This document shows positions 1-12,948 of a stretch of DNA of 64,000 nucleotides, piece after piece. The DNA comes from Octopus vulgaris. Its lineage: Eukaryota. The notes beneath the pieces were generated by a model. That model made no database searches. It saw only the letters and a program-made list of their open reading frames with translations, and was not told the origin of the DNA. A program made the position numbers and the translations under genes. The stretch is from contig OX597823.1 of NCBI GenBank assembly GCA_951406725.2, positions 83,328,001 through 83,392,000 of the forward strand. The letters run 5' to 3'. Positions within the stretch are counted from its first letter, which is position 1, and each line of letters starts with the position of its first letter.

Positions 1-62
<62 letters not shown>

Positions 63-679
63 AAATACACAAATTCCGAAAGAGGGTCATTCGCAAGCAT
101 GCAACACGAAGCGAGAGAGAGAGAGACGTACATAAATAAATGCAAGCCACATATAATAATTAGCTTCGATTATATTTCCATGTTATGTTAAGGAGTTATT
201 TGATAATTAAGGCTGTCAAAGGATAAATAGAGAGTAGACAATTAACTATAAGAGAAGTAAATTGAATGTGAGTGGAATAATGAGGCGTTTATCGCTTCAC
301 TGTTGTAACAAACGAGTAAGATAATTTAGATGAAAGCGGATTGGGTTAAGATGAAACAAGTGACAGGAATCGTTACTGTTGTATTTTCATTTGCAGACAA
401 TACAGTGCTACAAAAGTTAGTATGGTTTAAACAGGATAATATGGCACAACACACTAGAATGTCATGCCAATAGCAACAAATTTCTTCGAACTATTTCATT
501 ATTTGCTTTCTCTTATTTCAAAAGGGGAATCATTTTCCCGAAATATTATAGGTTCATTAAATAATATATTTGAAATAGAACAGTAGTTTGCATTTATTGA
601 TATCACCTTACAGATTTTGCTTAAGAGGTAACCTGCATTTCTCAAAGTATTTTGTAATTATTTACCTCATGAGGTATAA

Positions 680-778
<99 letters not shown>

Positions 779-873
779 TAGTGAACTACAAGGTTGTAGT
801 AAAAAAATACAGTAAAAGCAATATCAATTTTCCTTTTTAAAAGCATTTCATACGTCACGGTAATTTGTGTTTA

Positions 874-931
<58 letters not shown>

Positions 932-935
<4 letters not shown>

Positions 936-1422
936 AAGTAAGTTAGGGGTTGTGGATCCAACCCACTAAGGGATAATATTTATCCAATATACCGTTGGTA
1001 TACTACCCAAATTATTAATACACAAGTGTTTTTAAGTGCAATGCAATTAACCTACTTATTGTATTAAATGGGTGAAGGTAAAGAAATATTTTACCATTAA
1101 TTTATAATACAAATAAGAAAATGGAGAAACAATTTAGTTGGTTTATCAGCTTTCCGATATTAGAATGTTGACTTATTTATTTATTTATTTAACAAAAATG
1201 AGAACCTTAATAACATACATATATATACATTATAATTCAATAACTGATTTCAATAATTTATATTAAGATTTTTATAATTGTATTCTTATCTTATATGTTT
1301 TGAATTATAATGTATATATGTATGCTATTAAGGTTCTCATTTATGTTAAATAAATAAATTATTCAACATTTTAATATCCGAAAGCTGATGAACCAACTAA
1401 ATTATTTCTCGATTTTCTTACT

Positions 1423-1426
<4 letters not shown>
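932..1426. repeat. Fold-back (inverted-duplicated) interspersed element between (TA)n tracts
   Basis: Arm ~1107-1240 (acaaataagaaaatggagaaacaatttagttggtttatcagctttc...) is the reverse complement of ~1300-1426 (...gaaagctgatgaaccaactaaattatttctcgattttcttacttgt); (TA)n on both sides. Confidence 0.8.
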
Positions 1427-1485
<59 letters not shown>

Positions 1486-1813
1486 CATACATGAAAGTTA
1501 ACTATTTACATATATATATATATATATATATATATGCATACATACATAGTAAAAGAATAAAAAAATATATATACATATATATATATATACACATCTGCTA
1601 GAGATAATACAACAGAAACAGTGTAAATATTCTTGTGTTCCATTATTGATGCGATTACGTTAAAGCAGTTGTGGTATCCCTTATATATTTGAAATATATG
1701 CGGTCATCTGACGAGAACAGTTTCTTTTAAATGATGTCATCTATTCATTAATCAGTTAAAGGAGTTGCTTGTAACAGCCGTGTTGAATTGACACCTGCTC
1801 ATCTTCGTTACCC

Positions 1814-1846
<33 letters not shown>

Positions 1847-1861
1847 TTTCAACACATATAG

Positions 1862-2476
1862 GATGGGATCAGACGAGCAACAGAAATCGACATAGAAACT
1901 TTGAGAAAAGTTCAACACAACAACACACCTTCCCCGAAAATACTGCCTTACATATCCACATACAACCCCAGAAACAAAGAAGCCTTCACCATCATCACCC
2001 AGAATTTACCAATACTTCATAAGGACCCCAAATTAAAGGAAATTCTAAACATACATAAAATCATTAAAAGCTACAAACAACCTAAATCACTTAAAAAGAT
2101 TCTCACAAAGGCAAAATTGTTTTCTGAAATTACGGATGCAAAAGTAAAAAAATGTGGTAGACCAAACTGCGCAACATGCCCAAACCTTCTAGAAGGATCA
2201 GAATTCCTTTTCAAAGAGGGACAAAAATTCAAGATCAGATCTAATTTTACTTGTGCTTCTGAAAACATAATTTATGTCATAAGGTGCTCGGGCTGCCACC
2301 AAAACTACGTGGGGTCCACGGGATTATCACTCAGACGTAGATGCACTCTACATCGACAACAGATTGCATTCCCAGAATACAGAAGGATAACCTTTAGTGA
2401 GAATATTGAGAAATGCGCAAAGCAACTACTACCACAACTTTTAATCTTTCCATTCTATCAATGTGCTATTGATTGA
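1862..2476 (+). pseudogene. Penelope-like retroelement ORF remnant: linker/Cys motif plus GIY-YIG endonuclease
   Basis: ORF 1901-2476 has LPYISTYNP, KCGRPNCATC, and CASENIIYVIRCSGCHQNYVGSTG..LRRRCTLHRQQI (GIY-YIG two-Tyr motif with conserved Arg/His); 5'-truncated at a (TA)n tract. Confidence 0.88.
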
Positions 2477-2663
2477 AAAATATAAGCCTGAACTTAACCA
2501 TTCTAACATTCTTATACAGAGAAACTCATCCCATTAAATAAGGGAAAAGAAATATAAAGCGATTATCTCCCTTATACCTGAAGAAATCGCTTATTACCTC
2601 CCCCTGCCTGAAACTCTTCTTTGCACTGCATAACGAAGACATGACACGATGTAGGTAAAGACA

Positions 2664-2709
2664 TTTGAGAAATTTGAAAAGTTAACACGAAACCGGTAAT
2701 TTCTTCAAA
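2664..2709 (+). ncRNA. Minimal type I hammerhead ribozyme motif with U3:A8 core, in the Penelope 3' region
   Basis: agaaat-TTGAAAA-gt taac ac-GAA-ACCGGT-A-atttct: stem I agaaat/atttct (extendable to tttga/tcaaa), 2-bp stem II, palindromic stem III, GUA cleavage triplet. Confidence 0.65.
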
Positions 2710-3373
2710 AACTATGTTACTATATGAAAACTTTTATAACATTCTTCTAACATAACGACTTAAATATATTCTTTAACCTTATAAAACAAGCCTTCTGTAG
2801 TTTTTTCACTCTTTTCACGCATATATTAATGCACCTTTTCAGACATGTCATTAATGGAAATGGGGCAATAAGCCGTTTGTCATTGATCGTTAAGCCTCCT
2901 AGAAATAGCAGCCGAATTCCCTTCAGACGAAGCATTCACAGGGATCCTGAATCATTTATAACTGAAGATACGAATTAGCCCTGGCTGTAAATATTGTGAT
3001 CATAAACAACGTAAACAACAATAAATCGGTTTTTCACCGCTTACGATGATGATCATTTCCATTGCTTAATCATTTGGATTACATTCTCGTTGTATTACAA
3101 TAAAATGAGTGAGAATCCCACATAGACAGTGTAGTCTTGATGTAATCACAAGGAATTAATCGGCGTTATATTAGACTGTTTGCTGGCAAACTGTTTCTTT
3201 CTACTACAGCTATAGTCCATTCGATAGGCTTCCGCGCAGCTTCTGCCAAGCCAGTTTTTCTTAGACGGCTTGGGTCGACTCGAGGCTATGGAAGGCCATA
3301 CCTTTCTGTGTACCTTAAGGTAGATTCAAACCCGGGATCTTTGGAGCGCAAAGCAATCTTGTTAAAGATTCAG

Positions 3374-3801
3374 CTATGTCTGCGTCCTCACACACACACA
3401 AACACATACTCGCACACACACGCATACACACGCGCACACGAACACACACAAACAGACACACCTGCATTCATGCATACATGCACTTATATACATATATACG
3501 TAGATACACATATATACATACGCACATAAGTATATAAATGCGCACACATATATGCATCCATACATGCACACATACATACGTATATACATAGAGATATACA
3601 ATCATACAACGTACATATATGCACACACAAATACCTACATACATGCATACACACATGGACACACACATAGCTACCTACATGCAAACATACATACACACAC
3701 ACGCACAGATCTACATATATATATCTATACATATGCACCTACATACATTTATACATACATACATGCATACATATATACATACATATACACACACACAGAT
3801 C

Positions 3802-3849
<48 letters not shown>

Positions 3850-4135
3850 CATACGCTCCTGCATACATACATACATACATACATACATACATACATACAT
3901 ACATACATACATACATACATACATACATACGTACATATATACATACATACATACAAACGTACGTATATAATTACATACATACTTGTAATCACATACGGAT
4001 TATAAAAAATAGACATACATACATACATACATACATACATACATACATACATACATACATACATACTTATATACAAACATACGTATATACGTACATACAT
4101 ACTTATAATCACATACGGATTATACAAATAGACAT
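3374..4135. repeat. Compound (CA)n/(TACA)n/(TA)n microsatellite
   Basis: Direct reading; explains the overlapping HTYI/MYVC ORFs. Confidence 0.95.
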
Positions 4136-4251
4136 TCTTTGAGCAGAAAAAAAAATTATATTAAATGTTTTAATCGTGTAATTCTGATTTCAATTTGTTG
4201 TATTATCATTTATTTATGTTGTTACTGTTGCTCTCATCATCAATAAAAAGA

Positions 4252-4460
4252 CAGCGAAGCTGGTAGAATCGTTGTACGCCGGGTAAAATGCTTGGCAGCA
4301 TTTCGTCCGTCTTTACGTTCTGAGTTCAAATTCCGCCGAGGTTGACTTTGCCTTTCATCCTTCTGAGGTCGATAAAATAAGGACCAGTTGAGTACTGGGA
4401 TCGATGTAATCGACTTATCCCTACCTACGAAGTTGCTGGCATTGTCCCAAAATTTGAAAT
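4252..4460 (+). mobile_element. tRNA-headed SINE family A, older-tail variant
   Basis: A/B-box-like head (gctggtagaatcgtt...gagttcaaattcc), central gcctttcatccttc..ggtcgataaaata..accag, tail ttgctggcattgtcccaaaatttgaaa; many copies in window. Confidence 0.8.
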
Positions 4461-5022
4461 CGTCATTATTAATTTTATCATCCCCATCACCATCATCGTC
4501 ATCATCATCATCATCGTCGTCATTACTTTTCCCTTTGCTTTCCGTCAAAATCAACATTCTTAGTTTCTTTACTGGGAATAAAATCGGATTACCTAAGTTC
4601 AAATCAATTTGTTTTGCTTTAGTTTTTTTTTCTGGTTTTTCTTTTGGTTTTTGATTCTTTTTTTAAGCCTGCAAATTCAGACGATGTCCAATACTCCCAG
4701 ATGTTTGTTAAGTCTGACTGTAATCTGACACATTTTGTTTAGGCTACTCTTGAAGTGATCGCTTTTGGCTGAATTCGAACTGTATAAAGATACAACATCG
4801 ATTTTCCTTTGATTCCGAGTTCTTCATGAATTACTGATTTTTCCGAAGTAGGGATGGTCATATCTGTACAGTTTACTAATACTGTATTATGCAAGGTACT
4901 ACAAAACAAGGCTGCCCAGTAAACTTGTCTGGAGGTTGCAGAATTTGAAGTTCCCACTCGTAGATTAGTGCAAATTAGGAGAAGTTCCGGACTTTTAGTG
5001 TCCGAAACGTCAGTGTTGTAAT

Positions 5023-5325
5023 TGTTATTTGTTCCTTCTCAAGCCATGCCTGGCTCATAGGGCCAGTTTCCCAGTTTCCTTGGCATATAGGTTCCCCACC
5101 TGGACGGGACGCCGGTCCGTCGCAGGTGAGCTGCAAGATGCAGGAGGAAAGAGTAAGAGAAAGTTGTGGCGAAAGAGTCAGCAGAAGTTCGCCATTACCT
5201 TCTGCCTGAACCGCGTTGAGCTTAGGTGTTTCGCTCATAAACACAGACATCGCCCGGTCTGAGATTCGAACACGCGATCCCTCGACCGTGAGTCCGCTGC
5301 TCTCACCACTAGGCCATGTGCCTCC
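5023..5325 (-). mobile_element. tRNA-headed SINE (family C variant) with 12-bp target-site duplication
   Basis: TSD cagtgttgtaat at 5011-5022 and 5326-5337; tRNA-like head at right end; related copy ~5880-6138. Confidence 0.88.
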
Positions 5326-6574
5326 CAGTGTTGTAATGGTATGACAAATTTTACTCTTTCTACAACTACACTGTCACAGGAATACGCATATCCCTGTGTG
5401 TCTCTCTGTGTATGCGCTTCAGTGACTTGGTGTGCTGGGGGTTATGTAACATCAGCACTATCGCAGACGTGGGAGCTATAGCCTATTGTGATGTTTCACC
5501 TGAGATTCGTTAAGGGTCGGTAGTATTTGATGGATGGAGCAACTGTGACTAGAATCGGAAAGCTAAATAGTTATGATGCAATCTTTGCTCTGTTAAGGAT
5601 GTGCAATCTTCTGTATAGATCCAGTGTCATAAATGCAGTGAGCTGGCTGAACGGTTAGAACAATGGAAAAATGTCTTACAGTATTTCTAACGGTTTTCCA
5701 GGTTTTGAGTTCAAATCCCGTCGCCGAGGTCAGCTTTCTCTTCTTTTCTTCTACGGTCGAAATATAGAGTACTAGACAGGTAATGAGGTTGACATCACAG
5801 ACTAAGTCATCCCCTCAAAATTGTTGGTCTTCTACCTAAATCTGAAACAATTATCATTTGAGCATGTTGACGTTTGTTTTGTTTTAAAAAATGCTCCTTC
5901 TCGAGCCATGCCAGGCTCATAAGGGCCGGTTTCCCGGGTTTCAGTGGCGTATACACTCCCCACCTGGACGGGACGCCGGTCCGTCGCTGGATTGCTCATT
6001 TTTGCCAGCTGAGTGGACTGGAGCAACGTGAAAATAAAGTGTTTTGCTCAAGAACACAACATATCGCCCGGTCCAGGAATCGAAACCACAACCTTACGAT
6101 CATGAGTTCAATACCCTAACCACTAAACCACGCGCCTGCACTTGTTTTGGTAAGGTTTTCATAATTTACCATTTTGGGTGGTTTTTTAGGGTTTTTTTTT
6201 ATTCACTATTCTTATTATTTACAATACATGCATTTAGTTTAAAAGCTTCTGGTGTGTTAGTCAGTGAAAGTAAGAAATTAAAACTGTGATGTCTTGTAAC
6301 AAAAGTGGAGACCAATTTTCGTCGTAAAAGGAAGTGTAATCAATTGAATCGATACCAACACATCACTGGTGCTTACTGCATTGTCGACAAAAGGATGGAA
6401 ATCTAAATTAACCCTAGCAAGATTTGAAATCACAAAACAGTTCAATAGTATCTCTGAAGTTACAATAAAATTATCACTGTAAAATATCCATTTCAGCGTT
6501 CAGCTGTTTCAAAAATAAAGCCATAAAAGAAATTAAATTCAAGAGGAACCTGTTTCTTTCTTATTTTAATCTTG

Positions 6575-6940
6575 GGAAAGTAATGCCAAAGCAGAAAGTG
6601 GAAAGCAGTATGTGATGCCATTGAAGTGGGATGCAGAGGGTTTGCAGGCTGGTCCCTCTGCAGAATTTACAACCTACTTGGCATCACAGGGACCAATAGG
6701 CAGAGAGCCATCAGGCTGGTTGTGGAGGCAGCAGAGGCTGCCTCAATGTGGATGTGGATCAGGTGGTATGAAGCATGGAATGGGGTAGTAGTACGAGGGA
6801 GTAATGCTAACTGGACATAAACTGCGGTTCCATTAATTCCGGCTTAGTTACCTGGTTGAGGATGTCTGATGTTGAAAGACCAAAAATATCTAATGACCCC
6901 AAGCAGCAAAATTGATGCTAAGTCCGAGTGCATCCCAGGA
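6575..6940 (+). mobile_element. 3' end of an RLE-type non-LTR retrotransposon (Hero-like)
   Basis: Translation AIEVGCRGFAGWSLCRIYNLLGITG...RAIRLVVEAAEAASMWMWIR matches the C-terminus typical of restriction-like-endonuclease LINEs. Confidence 0.75.
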
Positions 6941-7003
6941 CGACGTGCTGTATTTTCTGGCATACAAATCGGCGTACTATATAGTGTAAACATATAGTGT
7001 AAA

Positions 7004-7411
7004 CTAGTACTATGACCCGGCGTTGCCAGATCTAGTGCTAGTGTTTGTTGTTCGTTGCCGGGTCTCAGTAAAAATTTCTCACTATATCAAGAGCTTAGCT
7101 TCCTATCACATTTCAACCCGGGCCAGTTTTGTTGTTTATGAGCTAGCTGGAGCTTTTTATGAGAGTAATTAATATTCACTAGACTTCGGCAATGCCCATA
7201 TGCCCAAACTAATGGGCATAAGGGGACGGTTTATCTATTTTTTAATGACTTTCTGGGGTGACTGGAGAAATGAAAAGATCTTCACGACCACCCTCAGACA
7301 GTTTTGAAAGCCCATAGAAAATGCAAGCCTTTTACATGAAAAATTGTGGATTTGTATAAAGGACACACAGATACATAGATACATAGACATTTTGCCGTTT
7401 ATAGATATAGA
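7004..7411 (-). mobile_element. Non-autonomous Helitron-like element
   Basis: Minus strand begins TCTATATCTATAAACGGC, has a subterminal hairpin (ccggc gtt gccag, 7017-7029) and ends CTAG followed by T; first ~180 bp recur at 45748-45931. Confidence 0.7.
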
Positions 7412-8099
7412 GCTATTCAAACATTGTTACTATTTTTCAAATCCTGCTGCATTTCACAAGGACGTCTTTGTCCTCCAAAGTCGTTTGGAAGTACGAGTAG
7501 ACCTATCTTTTTTGGCTGTGAATTTTGGTTTGAAAAATTCGACGTGTAAACCGGCAAATACGGTATGAAAAAAAAAACAAGCTTTTGTTGTTTTGTCTTT
7601 TATTCAACAAATAAAATATCGGAAAAATAAAAATATTTCTAAGTTTTCGTTCTCCTCAGTAATTGCGTATGATAAAGTAATATTGCTTTCCAAATAGAAA
7701 ACACTTGAGGCAAGTAGTTTAGTTATCATTATTGGCATTATAATCTCCATCTGAGAAACAGGAAACGCTGAGAAATTCAGGAAAAAAATGAGAAAATGTA
7801 TATAAATTCTGAATAAAAATTATGTTTCAGAAGAGTTTTGTAATTTCAGAATATCTTAGTATTTTCAAATTTCTTCCTCTATTGAAAGTATAACTTTACT
7901 AAAAGAAATTGCTTTGGAATTCTACTTAACTGCCAGCTAAATATAGTTTGTTAGAACATAATGTGTATATAGAGAAGCAGAGAGAAATCACATATAACGC
8001 AGTCAGGCTGCTATCAAATTCGTCTGCAGAAATAAGTTTGGTAGATTCGATCCAGTAAAAGTAAAAGACTTTCACAAAAATGGGTAAATGAAGATAATG

Positions 8100-9220
8100 G
8101 TGAGTGTATTCACTCTTAGCGTGTTCTAGCAGAATTGAACGTGAATATGCAAATTGCTGTTGTGTTTCGCCTTCAGAGAACAACTTCTCACTCCAGACGA
8201 TGTGTGGATAACACAGGCATTTCCGTGACATTGGCGGACTTTGAGACTCAGGCGTTTTGACTTGATTAAGTTCCTTCAGTCAAAGCTAACCCCTCCCGAA
8301 TCATTGGGACTAGACAACAATAGTCGTTCTTGAGTATATAAAATTCATCAAATAAAGTATATGCCGAGTTGATAATAAATTATTATGAATGAAAATCAAA
8401 AACGGAACGAGAAAAACAAACAATGATAATTATATTCATTTTTAACATGTTCCGGCGGATTTGAACGTGAATCTCCTAATAGCTGTCTTATTTCGCATTC
8501 GCAGAAGAAAAATTTTTTCCTTCAAACCATATGTTGACAACATACACATTATAGAGACGTAGACGGTCTTTGAAACACCGGTATTTCAATCTGATTTTGT
8601 ATCTCTTCAATCAAGGGTTATTCTTTCACCTCCATCCCCACCAGATCACTGAATCTAAACAAGAATGGTCGCTCTTGTTTATGGAATTCAAAAAAATTAT
8701 TTGCCGATGCGTATCGATGACTGCAAAGCTGATAATAGATATAATAAATTATGCTGATGAAGTATAACGGCAACAATCAAAAGAATAAGGAGTATATTCA
8801 TTCTTAACATGTTTAAGCAGATTTGAACGTGACTAAGCTAATCGCTGGTGTGTTTCGCCTTCGGAAAACGACTTCTTTCAACTGATGTGTGGTGACAACA
8901 TCTGGCAGGGGATGGTGGTGATCCCTGCTGTACTCTTTCACCACAACTTTCTCTCACTCTTACTTCCTGTTTCTGTTGTACCTGTATTTCAAAAGGGCCG
9001 GCCTTGTCACTCTCTGTGTCACGCTGAATATCCCCGAGAACAACATTAAGGGTACACGTGTCTGTGGAGTGCTCAGCCACTTACACGTTAATTTCACGAG
9101 CAGGCTGTTCCGTTGATTCGGATCAACCGGAACCCTCGTCGTCGTAACCGACGGAGTGCTTCCATGGTGACAACATACGCGATTTAGTGCCCTAGAGGGA
9201 CTTTGAAACACCAATGTTTG
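8100..9220. repeat. Three diverged tandem units (~330-360 bp); third unit interrupted by a SINE
   Basis: Motif tattca.t.ttaacatgtt...gatttgaacgtga...tttcgc.ttc...ctttgaaacacc recurs at ~8107, ~8433, ~8795. Confidence 0.75.
8902..9164 (+). mobile_element. 5'-truncated SINE family C with 12-bp TSD
   Basis: TSD tggtgacaacat at 8890-8901 and 9165-9176; body matches 59189-59575 and 62233-62615. Confidence 0.88.
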
Positions 9221-10098
9221 GGTAACTGAAGATTTATCAGATCTAACAGAGATAAAAGAATAAAAAAAAAAGTGATGTTATTTAAACCCCAGATGTTTTA
9301 TTTCAGCCGAGAACATGTAATATTTATAAATATTTGACAGTGATAGTAAGGACCGCTCAGTACTGCGAGCCAAAGAAGCATTGAATAAATTATGCGGAGT
9401 TCCCTATTCTTGCAGTAGTAAGTCTTGCTTTATAAGATGCTTATTTTACACCGAGGTGGACTGGAATATTTTCAACTTATTCATCTTAGTGCCAGCGCAT
9501 TGGCAGAAATAGTAACGTTATATACTCTACCTCGTCCAATCTCTCCTTTCCTTACACTGCTTTCCGAGTTCAAATCCTACCAGTCGACTTTGCTATTAAT
9601 GTTTTCATGGTTTATTACAACAAAATGGGATTATATACCTGGTATTTGCTCAGTAGATTGTATTGCTAGTCATCGAGACCGGGTCAAGAGAAAGCGATGT
9701 TGACTACCATTATGAAAATATCAATTTACTGTAATGGATAAACATTTATTCATTTCAAGCATTAGAGTAACTGAATCTATTGCTGTACCTAAAGAGTGAC
9801 AATTATTGATTTCAGGGAATCGATGGAGTAATTGGAGTGTGACGTTCATGCCATTCCCACGGCTATTAATAATTAATTAATGTCATGAACTTGTGCTAAA
9901 TGTGATCAACCTATTTGACCTATTCTTGAAATCTGTGTGATTTGAGACAATACACAATTAAGTGCATCGCCCGCAGTGGGAGAGGAAAAAAGAAAAGATT
10001 CTCTGTAACTTTGAACTCCTCTATAAAATAATAACTTAAATAGCTGTTTAGGTGTTTATTGTAGCTAATTGAAAAGGTGGTGACGTAGTATTTATTGT

Positions 10099-10521
10099 TA
10101 TTTCTTTATTACCCACAAGGGGCTAAACATAGAGGGGACAAACAAGGACAGACAAACGGATTAAGTCGATTATATCGACCCCAGTGCGCAACTGGTACTT
10201 AATTTATCGACCCCGAAAGGATGAAAGGCAAAGTCGACATCGGCGGAATTTGAACTCAGAACGTAACGGCAGACGAAATACTTATTTCTATTTCTTTACT
10301 ACCCACAAGAGGCTATACACAGAGAGGACAAACAAGGACAGACAAACGGATTAAGTCGAATATATCGACCCCAGTGCGCAACTGGTACTTAATTTTTCGA
10401 TCCCGAAAGGATGAAAGGCAAAGTCGACCTCGGCGGAATTTGAACTCAAAACGTAACGGTAGACGAAATACCGCTAAGCATTTCGCCCGGCGTGCTAACG
10501 ATTATGCCAGATCGCCGCCTT
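10099..10521 (-). mobile_element. SINE family A, one head plus two bodies, with flanking TSD
   Basis: Body/tail duplicated (10100-10280, 10290-10470); TSD tagtatttattgt at 10086-10098 and 10526-10538. Confidence 0.88.
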
Positions 10522-11667
10522 AACATAGTATTTATTGTATGGATTCGTCTCTGGCGAAAGGGCAACGCACGTGACTTTTGCATAACATGCAGCATTGTTG
10601 GAAACAACGAGAAGAAAAATTCATGACGAATGGGTTATATTCCGATTAGATACACGATTATTCGAATATTCGAGAATAATGATTAACTCTTGAAAAGGTA
10701 TCTTAAAGACCAGGAAGTGGTATTAAAACCAGGTGATGAGTTACGTCCACCAGAGAAATACTTGCATCAGAATGAACCCAGTTAAAGGTAAGTCAAAAAC
10801 TAGGTGGTGATGTTAAAACAAGACGATGGGTCAAGTCTCCTTCAGAAATATTTGTATCAAAATGAACACTGCTAAAGTTATCTATTGATCAGGGGAAGCT
10901 AAGATCAGGCGATGGATCAAGTCTAGCTCAGAAAAGTATACAGTCTACACTACCATACGGGTTTTCTGAAAATGTGAACTGTCTTCAGAAATTGTTGGTA
11001 GGAGAGAGAGGAAAGGAAAACAGAAGATTAAGTACCAGACTTTAAAAAGAAATATAAATCCTGGGTTCCATTTGTACGACTAAAACTCTGCGAGGCGGTG
11101 CCCCAGCATGGTCACAGTCGCAATGACTGGAAAATATAAAAGAAGATAAAACAAGAAAATAAAATTGATTATGCTTCAAATACAAACGAAGCGCAAGAAA
11201 TATATTAATATCAATTCCATCGACACCACCACACTTCTATACGTTTTATGTGTTATGCCTATGCCAAACATTATTTTAATAAAATTTAATTACAGTTATT
11301 AGCATGCAATGTATGTGACATATCTGCGCAATTAAGTATACATGATGTCATTAATTTGTTAAATTAATTGATAGTATGAGAAGAGTTAATGTAATTATTA
11401 TAATTTTTTAAGATAGGCCGTCAACTAGATTTCATGATATTATATAATAAATGCATTTACGTAAATTTCAAAGGCGATGATTAAAAGAGAAATAAGACAA
11501 AAGTGTATGCGTATATGTTTATGAGTATGTCGTAGTTCAGCTTCCAAATCAGATCTGAACAATCAGACCTACAATCAACGGCTCTCTGGCCTTGACCCTC
11601 CAGTCTTTTCAAACTTTTTATTTTTCTTATCTCGGTGAATCAGTGGTGACATTATTTAAAATCTATA

Positions 11668-12300
11668 AGGCGGCGCGCTGGCAAACTCGTTAGCATGTTG
11701 GACAAAGTGCTTGGCGGCATTTCGCACAGCTTTACGCTCTGAGTTCAAATTATGCCGAGATCAACTTTACCTTTTATCCTTTCGGTATCGATAAAAATAA
11801 GTATCAGTTGAGCGCTGGGGGGGGGGGGGTCGATGTATCGATTAGCTCCTTCTCCAAGAATTTCAGGCCTTGTGTTTTAATAAAAAAAGATTATTTAAAA
11901 TCTTTAAGGAGGCGAGCTGGCAGTGTCGCTAACACGCGGGCGAAATGCGTCTGCCGTTACGTTCTGAGGTCAAATTCCGCCGAGGTCGACTTTGCCTTTC
12001 ATCCTTTCGGGGTCGATAAATTAAGTACCAGTTACGCACTGGGGTCGATATAATCGACTTAATCCGTTTGCCTGTCCTTGTTTGTCCTCTCTGTGTTTAG
12101 CCCCTTGTGGGTAGTAAAGAAATAGGTATTTTTTCCGGCTCTTTACGTTCTGATGTCACATTCCGCCGAAGTCAGTATTGCCTTTCATCCTTTCAGAGTA
12201 GACAAAATAAAGCACCAGTCAAGTATTGGGGTTGATGTGATCGACCTCTTTGCGCCACCAAAAGTTACTGGCCTCGTACCAATATTTAAAAACCATTATT
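11668..12300 (+). mobile_element. Cluster of nested SINE family A copies
   Basis: Heads at ~11668 and ~11908; three central domains; new-tail body joined to an old-tail body at ~12125. Confidence 0.82.
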
Positions 12301-12671
12301 TAAAATCTATTTCCTTTTCTCTTCCTTCCTTTTTAACGAGAGCACTGTGTCACTTGAGAGACATTTGGCAGCTATTTATAAGATGTGGTGTGATCACGTA
12401 GGACCCTGCTTCGTTGGTGTATATCTAAGCTGTGAGCCTGAGTCGGATCTATACCTGAATGTGTGAGAGAGAAAGCGCAAAAGAGAAACGAGGAAAATAA
12501 AAGGGAAAGACGATGTGTGTTCATTCTTGCGTATGAGTATGTCGTAGTTCAATCCCTAGATCACACCTGATCTGTAATCAAAGGCTTTTTGGTCGTGGCC
12601 CTCTAGTTTTTTCAGATATTTTTTCTTATCCCTGTCTATCAGAAACGATAGTATTTAGAATCTATTTTCCT

Positions 12672-12948
12672 GAAAGATCTGTAGAGCTCGACGAGGACGT
12701 CATACAAACCCTGGTGGAACAAAATCTCATCGTATCTGTTGAGAAACTAGCAAAGAATTTTAGATTTGGTCATTCAAACAGTCATTCAAGTCAGCGCTAG
12801 AAGAAAAACGACCATCTTTGATTTCAATACGAAAGGTGTTCTTCCATCAGGATAATCCTCGGCCACATGTAGCGAGGATGACATTCCAAAAGCTGGAGCA
12901 GTTTGAATGGGAAACGATGTCCTACCAACTATGTTCGCCGGACATAGT
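12672..12948 (+). pseudogene. Internally deleted mariner transposase fragment
   Basis: SVELDEDVIQTLVEQN...VEKLAKNF (HTH region) fused to KRPSL...VFFHQDNPRPHVARMTFQKLEQFEWETMSYQLCSPDI (HQDNARPH and YSPDL-like motifs). Confidence 0.85.

Noticed and set aside
1381-1425. CTGATGA in the first fold-back as a hammerhead
   Set aside because: No downstream stem II-GAAA-stem III arrangement
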